A stretch of DNA of 64,000 bases from positions 82,646,001 to 82,710,000 of the forward strand of contig OX597831.1 in the NCBI GenBank assembly GCA_951406725.2. The letters run 5' to 3'. Below are positions 14,096 through 27,620 of this stretch, one piece after another. The notes beneath the pieces were generated by a model. It did not search any database and had not been told where the DNA came from. It worked only from the letters and a program-made list of their open reading frames with translations. Position 1 is the first letter of the stretch, and each line of letters starts with the position of its first letter. The position numbers and the translations under genes are program-made. The stretch is from Octopus vulgaris. Its lineage: Eukaryota.

Positions 14096-14585
14096 GCCTG
14101 GATGCAGTGCCAGGCAATGGCTCACATGGATTTTCATCTTAACTGGATGGAATTGTTAACATGTACATGATGAATTTTCTGCTCAATACCACAGATTTGC
14201 TTGTCAGTTGCTTGACCTTAACCAGTTGAGCATGTCCCTTGGTGGCTGACGATATGTGCATCTCTGAGCACAAGCAGAAGTAGTGGAGGAGCATCATAGC
14301 CATGTGTTGAGAGGGATTCTTTGGGATTTGGATAATTCACCTCTGGAAATATGGGTGTTCCATTCCTTATTTTAAACAACCTGTATTCAAGGGACCTTTT
14401 GAATGGGATGAGCTATTTGACCTGAAGAAAATACTAACTGGGCTCTAACTGCAGGGCCAAGTGCTGTTCATCTTAATATGAGGTCACCATGTCACACACA
14501 CATGGTTGTAATGCATGTGCCTGCTGTACCCTTATCAGATGGGTAGTCATGATGGGTATACTGGGCTTTGTATATTTGTGCCCCA
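14096..14585. mobile_element. ~550-bp element, copy 3 (more diverged, internal deletion, truncated at one end)
   Basis: Colinear with copies 1 and 2, e.g. TTCTGCTCAATACCACAGATTTGCTTGTCAG and CCCTTATCAGATGGGTAGTCATGATGGG. Confidence 0.8.
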
Positions 14586-14589
14586 CTCT

Positions 14590-14762
14590 TACTTTCTACT
14601 ATAAGCACAAGGCGTGAACTAGTCAAACATACCAACACAAGAGCTTGACTTGTACTTTATTTCATCAACCCCAGGAGGAGAAAATGCAAAACTTACTTCA
14701 GTGCAATGTGAACTCAGAACATCAAGAGCCCAAACCTGTACAACAAGGCATTTTGTCCACCA
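14590..14762 (-). mobile_element. Degenerate family A SINE
   Basis: TTTCTACTATAAGCACAAGGC and GAACTCAGAAC motifs. Confidence 0.6.
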
Positions 14763-14967
14763 TTCTAGAGAAATCTATGAAGTATTCTACTAAATGTAAT
14801 CAAAGTTTGTGAACAGAGCTGACATCACAAGAAATAATGGAAGATTTGATCATAATCCGCATAAGTTTCTCACTGATTCAGTCTCTCTTGGGATGTGAGA
14901 TTTAAGGATTTCTCCAGAAATAAACCGAACAATGCCACCATATTCCATAATCCTTTGCTCTAACCTT

Positions 14968-15056
14968 ATCACCATCATCATCATCATCCTCATCGTCAGT
15001 AGTAGTAGTAGTAGTAGTGGTGGTACTAGTAGTAGTAGTAGTGGTGGTGGTGGTAC

Positions 15057-15097
<41 letters not shown>

Positions 15098-15100
15098 TTG
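14968..15100. repeat. (CAT)n/(TAG)n/(TGG)n compound microsatellite
   Basis: Seen directly. Confidence 0.9.
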
Positions 15101-15686
15101 GATACTAGTGCTGGTTTTTAAATTTGTTTATTCTGTTCTGTATTTGTTAAGTGTGCATATATTGTTTGTGTTTGTGTGTATATGAATGTATGTATATTCC
15201 TATAAGCATGTGTGTATATATTCCTATAAGTATGTGTGTATATATTCCTATAAGTATGTATGTACATGAATGCATTTTTATTTTGGCCCTCACTCCCCAT
15301 CTCTTCCCCTTGTCTCAGAAGTTCTTCTCCCTGACCATTCCTTCTCCCCACCTCCATACAAACAGCCCCCGCCCACCCACCTCCCCATGCCAAGCTACTT
15401 TTATTTTCCCCAACGAGTTTCTCTGAATATTTTGATTCTCCTCACAACTTTCTTCTTTTGCATTTGTGACCCCAGAACAGCAGAAAAGGAGTGGTGGGAG
15501 AAGCAGGGGGGAGGAGAGGGAGGGAGAGAGAGGAAAAGTGTATCCATGTGTGGTTATATGCATAATATACCACATTTGTGTGTATATATAGAAATATATA
15601 TATATGTGCGTGCATCTGTGTCAGTTTATATGTGTGTGCGTATATATATATATGCACACACATATATATATGTCTATATATACATA

Positions 15687-15732
<46 letters not shown>

Positions 15733-16492
15733 TGTGTGTGTGTGAAACAAGACTGTTGCTAATGATGTAGCAACTATTAAGACTGATTTCTCCCCACCCC
15801 CTGCTTAATGACTCTGTCAGAAATTCTAAAGGAATGAGATTAGAAACCATTTTATAGAACTGAAATTTTGGTTGGTTGATATAACTGACACCTCTTAAAT
15901 TATAACTACTACTCTATATTTACTCCTACTACTAGCAATCAAGAACCTTCATTTATAGTTCTAAGACTGATACTGGTCTTGAGAGAGGTTCTTTTTTTTC
16001 TGCCATCGTCCATCACAGATATTCTATATTAAATGTATTTCGCTGATTTCTGTCCAATGGTGAAACAAATTATTCATCCAACCACATCGTATAACAGTTT
16101 CTCCCCCTTCACCTTGGGTAGTCCTACCCCCATTTAACCTTCACTGCCTCAACTCCCACACATCTAGATTCTTCTCAATCATTCTTTACCTCACCCCTTC
16201 TAGACATTATCCACCCCACCCCTTCCATTATGTACTAAACACTTCCCCAATATTTATAATTCTGAATTGCTATCTTATAACATTTAACTCCAGCTGGGTC
16301 GTGTCCTAACACTCCGAACTGTGACCATTGCAGGAGTTGAGTACCATTCTTGTAATTTACCCATCAGTCCTCTAAATTACCCATCATGCCACTAATTTAC
16401 TCAGAATTCTTCCAGCTGAACTTTGATCAAGATTACAAAACAGAATATCCCACTGCCCACCCCACACTTACCATTATTATTATGAAAGTTAC

Positions 16493-17028
16493 AAGCTGGC
16501 AGAATCATCAGCATGTTGGACGAAATGCTCAGTGGCAATTCATTTGTCTTTTAGAAGCACCATTTGAGCATAGTCATTGCCCGTGCCACCGGACTGGCCC
16601 CTGTGCTGGTGGCATGTAAAAAGCACCATTAAAGCATGGTCAACGTCAATGCTGCCTGACTGGCCCCCGTGCCAGTGGCACGTAAAAAGCACCCACTACA
16701 CTCTCAGAGTGGCTGGCATTAGGAAGAGCATCCAGCTGTAGAAACCTTGCTAGATCAGATTGGAGCCTGGCACAGCCGACTGGCTTGCCAGTCTTCAGTT
16801 AAACCATCCAACCCATGCCAGCATGGAAAGTGGACGTTAAAACGACGACGATGACGACGATGATGATGATGTTCTGAGTTCAAATTCTGCCAAGGTCAAC
16901 TTTGCCTTTCATTCTTTCAAGGTCAATAAAATAAGTACCAGTTGAACACAGGGGTCAATGCAATCAACCCCACCCCTGAAATTGCTGGCCTTGTACCAAA
17001 ATTTGAAAGCAATATTATTATTATTATT
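16493..17028 (+). mobile_element. Family A SINE interrupted by an RTE 3' tail (about 16553-16870)
   Basis: SINE head AGCTGGCAGAATC...TTGTCTTT, then RTE tail ending in (GAC/GAT)n, then the SINE resumes at GTTCTGAGTTCAAATTCTGCC. Confidence 0.8.
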
Positions 17029-19497
17029 AATGTATAACCAGGATAAATATTTCCAAACCATTCTGATTACTTTGAAGTAGAATTGTAACTAATTAAAAAA
17101 GAATTGCAGGATTATTCAGGGGCTCAATGAACTACACAGAACAAGGTTTATACATAAACCCCTACAGTCATGATGTTTCATTCTAAATCTCAAAGCCACC
17201 GAATCTCTCAAACAATAATCATGCTGGAGCAGAAAGCAGAGCAAACTGATTCCAGCTGATTTTTGGGACTGCCACGACTGGCCACATTAAATTCTAAGAC
17301 AGCATAGATTACAGTGAGGTGAAAGGCACTGAGACTGAGAGTTGAACCAACATCTTCATCTTCAACGATAACGCATCTATTGATGATGATGATGATGATG
17401 ATTTGATGGAAGAAATAATTGAAACAAGAGGAAGAAGACAAATCAACTGTTCAATAAAATAGCTTTGTGAGACTTCATTGAGTGTTAATAGGCAAAGTGG
17501 AATAGCTGCAACAAGAGCAGCGTATTTCTGCAGCCGTTCCAGTAAAATGTTAGGAATTAGACCAACAGTGTGTGTTTGTGGCAAGAAATCAATACGGTTT
17601 GTTTATCTCACTCCAGTTATGATTTCTCTCAATGTTAAAATTATAGAATCTTTGTTAACCATGAATAGAAAATGAGATTTTTGTTTATATTATGTAAGAA
17701 TAGTACACTCTCTACACACAGACACACACACACACACACTCACATACATGCATGTGCACACCCATACACACACCCACACACGTGTAAATATGTACTTCCA
17801 ATCATTTTTCTATAATCCATAATCAGAAGTATCCATTTATGGGTGACTGACCTTAATACATTCTATAGTTTTTTTTTGTTTCTGTGGGGGTGGGCATGTT
17901 TTAAATTTGAAATTATAAATTGATGATGAATGTGAATGGTTTATTATGAATCAAAATTTATGGAGTCAAAAAATATTGAAAAAAATATAAAAGCAGTTAA
18001 TGGTCAATTAATAGTAGTTAGTCCCCTTTTAGGTCAATGATGGTACCATTGAAGAACTAGACAGCTTGTAATAAATCAAGCAAAAACAAAAAAAAAGCAG
18101 GAAAGCTTTTCGATTGATGTTGGATGCTTTTGGGTGGGTGTTGGGGGGGGGGGGTGACTCAGAGCTGCCAGGCTAATAAAACATCAATTTTAAATTGCTT
18201 CCACTGTTTTACAGAAGTTAATTATATCCCTGTGTGAAAATTCCTTGGAGGTGGGTGTAGTGAAGTCATAGTTGAGGCTGGGAAAATATCTTGGAGTCAT
18301 TCCAATATTTCCATGCTTCTAATGAATGATACCTAACGTATCTTTAATATTTTCAATATTGCTATAAAAATACTTTGGTTTAGTGTCATCATGGAAATCT
18401 AGTGCTTCACCCTGGCACCACACACAGATGAAAACCTTGGCCAACAGAACAAGAGACTTTGGAGAAAGAAACACAAGGAGAGAAACTTTGGAGACATGTT
18501 CCACATTACAACCCCCCCCCCGCCTCCAGACACATTTCTGTTTCTGGGGCTTTGGGATAGGTTGGTGCTTATCTCAGTAAAAACTGTCAAACAGCAAGTT
18601 AGGTTGTGAGGAGTGACATCTGTTGGCAGGAATAGAATTTCAAGTCTTGCCAGAGAACCATTTCTGTTACTGATGCTCACAGCTATGGTGCCATCCCAAT
18701 AAATGGACAATGCACCACCATACAGAAAACAAACAAAAAAAAGTAATTTTTAAAAAATCTTTTGTATATGATTAAAAATGGTGGCATAGTTTTGGAGACT
18801 TAGTTGCTAATTACATAGACAATAACGATGTTATATTAATTAATAGGTGACAATCATCTGTAACCACCACTAACCTCCATTATGATTTGTTTCCCATGTG
18901 GAACCGTGATGTTGTGATGGTTACACCTCTTCTAATGACTCTAGGGTTCTAAGCAGGGACATGAAACAGAACAGGTTTCAGGAATTTAGTCACAAATCCC
19001 ATCTTGTCTTTCACCCACCCCAACATGCCATTCATTAGCTAATTGTTTCACATACACTTTAATTAAAACTCGGAACATATTTCTTAAAATTCAACCAATC
19101 GTTGCCATTGTTTGTATTTTTCTTTTCTTTTTTTTTTTAAAGCTAAAGACTTACAAAACAAATCCAAAACCAAAAATGAAATCAAAACATTATTTTCTTG
19201 TAATGGACAAAGAAAAATGTTAAAACAAAATTTTACCTGACTTTTTTTTTCATTATTGCAAATTTCATTGACTTTTCCATTAAATACTTACCTAAAAGAA
19301 AAACAGAAAAAAGCAGAATATAATATAAATATATATATTTGATGTATAAACACACATGCATATAAATATATATACATTTACAAGTACACATACACACACA
19401 TCTATATAAATATACACAGACATCTGTCTATGTATGTATCTATCTATCTATCTATATCTATGTATCTATCTATCTATATATGTGTGTAAGTGTTTAG

Positions 19498-19532
<35 letters not shown>

Positions 19533-19891
19533 TGGCTTCTCAATCAGTTTCAGTGATTAATATTCTGTTATTCAATCTTTCAAACTATTTCCTCATTCAA
19601 TTAACGAATTGATGACTATGCCATAAACAAGCGTCTCCTCATTAACCTAATTCTCAAAGAGAATCAGTGAGGCACAATGTGGCTGGTCTCGGAATTAAAT
19701 GGACAATCCATCTGATGACCATCCCCACAGATTTCACTCACAGAGTTAGGATCAACCCAATGTTGTGATGAAACACATCTGACCAAGTTGCCATGAAATA
19801 GAATCGAACCCATAACTTCATGATTGTGAAGCAAGATATTTAAGCATTCAGCCACACTTGCCAGCGGAAGCCACACACATACATATGCACA

Positions 19892-19946
<55 letters not shown>

Positions 19947-20197
19947 ACGAAGAAACCAATTTAATTAAATGTATTTGCAATAACAAATGTAAAAAAATTC
20001 AGATTTGAACTTTTCATTGAATCAAAGAAATAGGTCAGACTAGAGACAATAAAGGTTGCAAGGTCAAAGGTGAAGGGTTATTTGGTTTTACAACTGATTT
20101 ACTTATATTATTTAGATGCAATGGTTCCATATTTGTGAAGAGGTAGAGTGAAGCAAGTCTGTATTTTCTGCAAGTAATTACTTTGGTCATTAAGTCT

Positions 20198-20372
20198 GCG
20201 AGTTGGCAGAATTGTTGCTGCACAGGACAAAAGGCTTAGCGGCGTTTCGTCTGCCTTTATGTTCTGGGTTCAAATTCTGCTGACCTTTCATCCTTTCAGG
20301 GTCGACAAAATAAGAACCTGTTGAGTGCTGCCCTGAAATTGCTGGCCTTGTTCCAAAATTTGAAAGCAATAA
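20198..20372 (+). mobile_element. Family A SINE (internally deleted)
   Basis: GAGTTGGCAGAATTG..GGGTTCAAATTCTGC..CCTTTCATCCTTTCAGGGTCGAC. Confidence 0.75.
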
Positions 20373-20519
20373 TTAGTTTGGTTATTAAAATAAGAGAGAA
20401 ATAATTACATCCTGGTAAAGTCTTGTTAGCCACCGATAACATTGTAACATTTTGCTTTCGGTTATTTCCAGTAGCTTTATTGTGGCCATGCTGGGAAGTA
20501 TGATAATAATAATGATAGT

Positions 20520-20702
20520 TTGTAATAAAGGCAGAAGGCCTGAAATTTGGAAGAGGGCTTAATTGATTCCACCGACCCCCAGTACTTCACTGGTATTTAT
20601 TTTATCAAACCCCAAAAGGATGAAAGGCAATATCAATCACATAAAGCCAGAAGAATTGTTGCTAAGCAATTTCCCTTGACATGCTAATGATTCTGTCACC
20701 TT
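20520..20702 (-). mobile_element. Family A SINE
   Basis: Reverse core AAAGGATGAAAGGCAA; tail adjacent to (AAT)n. Confidence 0.65.
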
Positions 20703-20737
20703 TAAGAGAACAACAACAACAACAACAACAATAATAA

Positions 20738-21655
20738 CGAAATTTGACTTAGAAAAATGTGCCAAAGACACCTTGAAAACGAGTTAAGAGTAGCAACATC
20801 ACACAAGATAAAGCAAAGGAAATAAGAGAATTCGACCAAAGCCAGACATACAAATATTTAGGAATCAATGAATTAGATACGATACAACACACACAAATGA
20901 AAGAGAAGATAAAAAAGAATACTGTAGACGAGTTAGATTAATGCTGAAAAGAGAGATCAATGTGAAAAACAAGATGATAGGTATCAACACTTTAGCTGTC
21001 CCAGTTATAAGTTACAGCTACAATATTCAAAATGAACTGATCAAAATGGACAGGAAAACAACAAAAAGAAAATAATAATGATTGAATTTAGGATGCACCA
21101 CCCAAAATCTAACTTAGAAAGGTTATACGTACAACGTATTGAAGGTGGTAGAGGCCTGATACAGCTAGAAAACTATTATAAAATATCCATCATAATATTA
21201 CACGCATACTTCAGAAGCAAGGAAAACTAATACAAATAGCCACAAAAGATGAGCAAAACAAAAAACTGTTTTCTGTCTTTAAGGAAGCTGACAAATACAA
21301 AAAAGAAGTCATAGTACCTAACAACTATGAAGAAAAAGAAGAAAGCTGTATAACAGCTGAAATCCAAACTAAAACTGGAACAGCAACGGACCATGATAAA
21401 ACGATGGCAAGAAAAGTGCTGTCATGGCAAACATTGGGTTAAGCTAAAGAGAAAAGAAATAGACAAAGCAAAATCCCAACAATGGCTGAGACGCTCAGGA
21501 CTCAAAGCAGAGACTGAAGGGTTTTTAATTGCAGCACAAGACCAAAGCCTCCCCACCAAAAATCACTAAAAACACATCATGGAAAAAAATTGCAGAATAT
21601 GTGGTGATGGAGAAGAAACAATAAATCATATTGTCTCTGGCTTCCCAGTCCTCCA
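20738..21655 (+). mobile_element. R4/Dong-clade non-LTR fragment (RT domain 6-7 to zinc knuckle), degenerate
   Basis: Translates in pieces to LEKCAK, YKYLGI, RMHHPKSNLERLYV..IEGGRGL, WLRRSGLKAETEGFLIAAQDQSL and CRICGDGEETINHIVSG; stops and frameshifts; starts after (CAA/TAA)n. Confidence 0.85.
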
Positions 21656-22964
21656 AAAAGATGAAAGGTAAAGTTGACCCCAGTAGCATTTGAACTTAGA
21701 GCTGAAAGGTAACAAGTGAAGAAGAGTTCCCTTTCCTGGCTAAAACCGAGACCAATGTCCTCAACAGTGTGGCATGAAGTGACTCAAATACCAGACATTA
21801 GATATGACAATTTTTAATTCCTCGATAAACCATAAAGTCTACTCTAAGGTCTCTTCTATGTGAGAGGGTCAAAAAGATGGGGGCAGATTACACAGAGTAA
21901 ACTGTTAAGGGTCTGATGAATATTGCCAGGACATAGATCCATTTGAGATAGAACTAATCACAACTTTCTTCTGCCCATATTTAGACATCCATCTGGTTCT
22001 TCAGATGTTAGAACTGTTGAGATAGATTGAGATAATCCCTAGTAGTCAGTAATCCTGTTTCTGTATTAAAAGAACGCTATGAGTGAAAACACTCTTCAGG
22101 CAATGGAAGGGAATAAAGAGATAACATGGTTAATGCGAATAAAATTGAGCGGAGGGACATAAAAGTAAGTTGACAGCATGAAATGAAAGAAACCAAGTCT
22201 ACATGAATTTACTCCAGGAAGGACACAAACCTCTAAATTGTCTCAGAGTTGGAGAAAAGAAACAGAAACGCTAAGGGCATTCATTATTGACTCACAGAAG
22301 AATGGGAAAATAATCCAGGTAAAATTAAAATATCTCTGGTACTTAAGGGAAAATGTGATTTTTTTTATCAGGGTCTGTGACAACAAGGGATAAGCTTTGG
22401 TGTTACTGAATCTCACCATTGATGTAGAAATAACACAAACTAGGAAACATAGTGCATGTGTGTGTGTATGATGGGGGAGGGGTCAGTATCTTTATTCTAC
22501 TCAGGCTCATAAATATTTAAAGTGGGGAGGAAATGGGGGTCATCTGAGGCTGATGTCTTTCTCAAAGATATCAACAGTAAAAGTGAAGAAGTTTTAATCT
22601 AGGATTGAAACTGTGCTGCATAATTAGCAAACTCTGAGCTAATATTTAGGTGTGGAGCAAGCAGTACTACAAGAATGGTCATATAGAAGAACAAGGGTTT
22701 AGGGAATTGTGGGATTGAACGTGAGATATCAGGGATATTGGAGTAGGGGTGGGGAAAAGGTGAAGAGAGAATTTTGTAGAGGGTGAGGATCAATGAAACA
22801 ACAGATCTGATGTATCCTGGGGTAGGGTAAAAGTAGGGACTTTGAAAGGGTGCAAGGATCTATCATTAAGGGTGGATCATACTGAATTGGACGAGGAGAG
22901 GGGGAAGTAGGTCAAAACGAATAATTATTAATAATTAGTGATGTATGTAGGAAAACATGACGAG

Positions 22965-23097
22965 GATGTGTAATGAGGGAAGAAGTAGAAGAGGACAGGG
23001 AGGGAGGAGAGCAAGGTGGTGGGGTTGATGTGTAACGAGGGAAGAAGTAGAAGAGGACATGGAGGGAGGAGAGCAAGGTGGTGGGGTTGATGTGTAA
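22965..23097. repeat. ~61-bp tandem duplication (GATGTGTAA.GAGGGAAGAAGTAGAAGAGGACA..GGTGGTGGGGTT), two copies
   Basis: Seen directly. Confidence 0.85.
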
Positions 23098-23243
23098 GGG
23101 AACAGAATTAAGGAAAGAAACAGAAGAATCAATGATTGAAAGACTGAGTAAAAGAGAAATGACAATTGAGAGAGTGTGTGTGTGTGTGTGTCAGTGTGTG
23201 AAGTGTATATAGATAGTTAAATATGCAGCAAAACCATAGATAG

Positions 23244-23281
<38 letters not shown>

Positions 23282-23940
23282 GAAAGTGTGGTAGAATTTC
23301 ATTTGAAAGCCATAAACACAGCAGGCTGTCTTGTAATCTCCCAGAGTTCTTTACTTTTATTCCACAATCAGATAATCAAAAGACAAAGCAGATGTTTCTG
23401 ATGCTTCTGGAACAAAATAATAATAATAATAACAATAAGAAGAAGAAAGAGGAAAAAAGTATTTCTAATCGTGGAAGGCAATTAAAAGTTGTAGTAATTT
23501 CATTACAATGAGAAATCTGATGAATGGCATCTGTGGCTGAAAGATCCAGGGAAGCGTTTCCAAAGAGAATTATCCAAAAATTAACATTAACGAGATTTAT
23601 TTTCTTATCAATTGGATGAGAAATACCAGACAAGACTTTTGGTGGACACAAGCTACAAAAGGTTACAGAATTTCACTCAAGGTGCAGGATTCAAATATAG
23701 AAAGGACTGGACACTTGAGCTAGGATTAGCTCGATACCAGTAATATACCAGGAACAATTTCACTATACCCAACATGCAATACAAATAAATTATAATCTAT
23801 TTGTATAATTATACAGTCAAATCAAATAAATATTGCTTTATTTAAAAAATCAGAAACTTAGAGCTATGATTCAAAAGGTTTCCATTTCTATACTACGTGT
23901 TTGTGTGTGTGTGTGTGTGAGAGAGTGTGCGTGTGTAATA

Positions 23941-24362
23941 GGCATACATGCTGCGTAGTTAAGAAATTTGTTTTGTAAGCCCAAGTTTTCATGCTCAGTT
24001 CCACTGTACACCATCTTTAGCAAGTGTCTTCTACGATCAAATCTGAACTGACCAATACAGCACAAGTAGAATTTGGTAGCAAAGCCCACCTGACACACAC
24101 ACATACATTTATATACACACATGTATCCACACACATACATTTATATACACACATGTATCCACACACATACATATCTATATGCATATATGTACATGACTGC
24201 TTTTGTGTGTTTGTGTTCATGTTTGTGGACCAAAGCTTAGCAACTCGTCAAATAGAGAATGAAACAATAAATGTCAAACTGGTATTGATTGACTAAATTT
24301 TTAAAGGAGCTGCTCCAGTATGGCCACAGTCAAATGACTGAAATAGCTAAAATGATAAAATA
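23941..24362 (+). mobile_element. Degenerate family B SINE
   Basis: tRNA-like head, GCAAGTGTCTTCTAC, internal (CA)n, tail GCTCCAGTATGGCCACAGTCAAATGACTGAAA. Confidence 0.65.
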
Positions 24363-24394
24363 ATAAGAATAATGATAATAGTTGCATGGCACCT

Positions 24395-24442
24395 CAGGCC
24401 TTGTGAGTGGATTTGGTAGACGGAAACTGAAAGAAGCCCATC

Positions 24443-24492
<50 letters not shown>

Positions 24493-24787
24493 ATATATAT
24501 ATATACATATCTATCTATCTATCTATCTATCTATATACATATATATATATATTGTGTGTGTGTCTTTGTGTCTGTGTTTGTCCCCCCATCCATCACAGCT
24601 TAACGGCCATTGTTAGTTTGTTTACGTCCCTGTAACTTAGTAGTTTGGCAAAGAGACTGATAGAATAAGTATTAAGCGTTAGAAAATAAGTCCTGGGGTC
24701 GATTTGTTCAACTAAAAACCATTCAGGGTGGTGCTCAAGCATGGTCACAGTCAAATGACTGAAACAAATAAAAAAAAAAGAAAAGAA
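24395..24787 (+). mobile_element. Family B SINE lacking the head
   Basis: GCCTTGTGAGTGGATTTGGTAGACGGAAACTGAAAGAAGCCC, internal (TA)n, tail CACAGTCAAATGACTGAAACAAATAAAA. Confidence 0.8.
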
Positions 24788-24799
24788 TGATTATAACAA

Positions 24800-25016
24800 T
24801 CCTTTCTACTGGTGGCACAAGGCCTGAAATTTAGAGGGATCAGATTAGTCGATTAGATCGATCCCAGTGTTTCACTGGTATTTAATTTATTGATCCTGAA
24901 AGGATGAAAGGCAAAGTTGACCTTGGCAGAATTTGAACTCAGAATGTAGCAACAGATGAGATACCGCTAAGCATTTCGTCTGACCAGCATGCTAATGATT
25001 CTGAAAGCTTACTGCC

Positions 25017-25018
<2 letters not shown>
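24800..25018 (-). mobile_element. Family A SINE, near full length
   Basis: Reverse complement of head, B box and core; head abuts (AAT)n at 25018-25070. Confidence 0.8.
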
Positions 25019-25069
<51 letters not shown>

Positions 25070-25073
<4 letters not shown>

Positions 25074-25772
25074 AGCTACAATATCCTTAACTGGACACGA
25101 AATGAACTGACCAAATTAGATAGGAAAACAAGAAAAATAATGACAGGATCTAGGATGCATCACCCAAAATCTGAAAACTGATCCAGATAGCGGCAAAACA
25201 CGAGCAAAACAAAAAACTGTTCTCAGTATTTAAGGAAGCTGACAAATACAAACAAGAAATCATACCACCTAATAAATATGAAGAAGAAGAAGAAGATGAA
25301 GAAACAACAAAAGCTACCAAAGCCTCCCCACCAGAAATTACCAAAAACATATAATGAAAAGAAATATTACAAGTAACTGCAGAATATGTGGAGATGGACA
25401 AGAAACAATAAATCATATTATCTCTAGCTGCCCAGTCTTGGCTAAGAAGGAATATATTAACAGATGACAGAGTTGGAACTGGAGTAGAGGTAACTCAAAT
25501 GTGGAGGCCTAAAAACAAACAATTCTCTATCATAGTGGGCGACATTAGGAATGATAAAAAAAATATTCAGACAAATACATAACCAAAACACCAGGACTAA
25601 CAAGTATATGTAACATACAGAAAATAGTACTACCAGGCGCACGCACACATCCTACGCAGAACACTTTCCATACAATAACCATCAGAGCATCACAACAAAT
25701 CACAGCACATACCCAAGGCACACAGAGCTGTGCTCGGTAGTGAAGTGAAAGCACGATATAAAAATAAAACTA

Positions 25773-25820
<48 letters not shown>

Positions 25821-25939
25821 GATCTGGAGTAGAGGTAACTCAAATGTGGAGCCTAAAAACAAACAATTTCTATCATAGTGGGCGCATTAGGAATGATAAA
25901 AAAAATATTCAGACAAATACATAACCAAAACACCAGGAC

Positions 25940-25942
<3 letters not shown>
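25070..25942 (+). mobile_element. R4/Dong-clade mosaic of internally deleted fragments with 3' tail and a 120-bp duplication
   Basis: LDRKTRKIMTG, CRICGDGQETINHIISSCPVLAKKEY, IIVGALGMIK; 3' UTR ends in (AAT)n at about 25777; 25479-25600 is repeated at 25823-25942. Confidence 0.8.
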
Positions 25943-25989
<47 letters not shown>

Positions 25990-25992
<3 letters not shown>

Positions 25993-26530
25993 TCTGGAGT
26001 GATGAAAAGATTTACAATGAAAATGCAGACTGGATTAGATGCATAGAAGGATCCTGCCAAAACTTACCAGAACAAGCATGGAAAAGCATCACAATAGCAG
26101 ACCTAAGGCAGACACGAAGGCTCATAAGTGGAGATCCCCTAGTAATGATAGGGGGCCAAATTTCTGGCTCGGCTCACTCCCGTGCGCACACGAAAAGTAA
26201 GTCCAGTTATTCAGTGAAATTACGAGAGATTCTATGAAAACACCTGATTGGTTAGCAAGAGGTATTACTTACCTACTGCCGAAGAATAATGAAACCAAAT
26301 TTCCCCAAAACTATCGGCCCATAACATGTCTATCAACCACGTACAAAATTTTAGCATCCATCCACATAGAGAACAAACATACAAATTTATGGAAGAGGAC
26401 GACATTTTTCCCAGTGAACAAAAAGGGTGCCGACGAAGCTCATATGGATACAAAGACCAACTCTTAATCGTATGATCCTTGAGAAATGTCATAACAAACG
26501 CAGAAATCTCAGTTCTGCATGGATTTCTTT
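25990..26530 (+). mobile_element. R4/Dong-clade RT N-terminal fragment
   Basis: IWSDEKIYNENADWI; PDWLARGITYLLPK...PQNYRPITCLSTTYK; EQKGCRR..YG.KDQL; RRNLSSAWI. Confidence 0.85.
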
Positions 26531-26599
26531 ATCGTATGACTTTGTAAATGGACAATTTGGTGTGCTTACCTTAATGGTCTACCAATGTATACAGTGTGC

Positions 26600-27620
26600 T
26601 TCTCTGCCCTAGGTGTCAGGAAGACACTCGGCAAGAAATGGAAACAGAATTGAAAGAAGAGGATAATGAAAATGATAAATAATAATAATGTTAGAACTAG
26701 CAACATGATACATAGTGAAAGTGTGACATGTCCGAAAGAATTTAAGGAACCAGAAGGAGAGAAACGATTAAATAACTGGAAAGTGAAAGGGATGCATGGG
26801 CAAAACCTCATCGAAACGGAAGGGAAAGACAAGACAAACATCTGGAGGTGGCTCTAGAAAAGGGATCTGAAAGGATGCAGCACTTGGGAAGAAGCTTTGA
26901 GAACTAATTGCACCAAGTTCCAAAGAGGTAAGAACCACCTGTTTGGAGGATGCATAGCAGCAAAAACAAAACAATCTCAAATGTTGTGACTGAGTGTAGC
27001 AAATTGATTGAAAAGGAGGTTTGATAAGATAGCTTTGTGTGTTCATTGGAGATAGTGGGAGACGTGGTGCAGTCTTGGAAGAGTTTTGAAATGGTTTGAG
27101 CTGAGACCAGAAGGCATCACCAAGAAGAATGAGTATAAGATGTTGTGGGATTTCCCATTCCAGTGTGATTCAGTGAGTAATGCTCAGAGAGCAGACATTG
27201 TTGATAAAATGATGAAGAAAACCAAGATGATTAGACATTGCCATACTTGGGGATGTGTGAGTGGATGATGGAGAATGAGAAAAGTGTAAGATGCTAAAAG
27301 ATGAGAATGCATAAAAGTAGGCAATGAAGACAGTAGTGGTCGTGCCAATAGTTGTAGGGGCCACAAGGTTGGGGAGAAATTAACGCCCAGGTTTGAGGAA
27401 TTTGGTAGAGTAATTGAGGTTGACATGGGGCTAGAACATACTTGGAAATTTGCTTTGTTTGGGGACAGAAAGGATTTTGAGATTGGTACTTGGGTGTTAT
27501 ATATCGTGAAAAGAGGGTCTGTGAGATCCTCGACAACAGGTTGCTGTCCACTCTTACAGAATAAACCAGAACAAGTGAAATTCAGAGCTCTGAGAAATGA
27601 AGTGGAAATAATGATAAGTT
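26600..27620 (+). mobile_element. Old degenerate R4/Dong-like 3' fragment
   Basis: WKVKGMHGQ, WRWL, KWFE.RPE...KMLWDFPFQCD, VVPIVVG. Confidence 0.65.

Noticed and set aside
16040-16380. Very old RTE-like relics (also about 4330-4560, 59100-59340, 60430-60620)
   Set aside because: Too degenerate to delimit or classify by eye
21850-22960. Possible highly decayed Penelope-like body on the minus strand (CTGAAGA-GTG-TTTT-CAC near 22085-22100)
   Set aside because: GAAA missing and no convincing RT or GIY-YIG motif could be read
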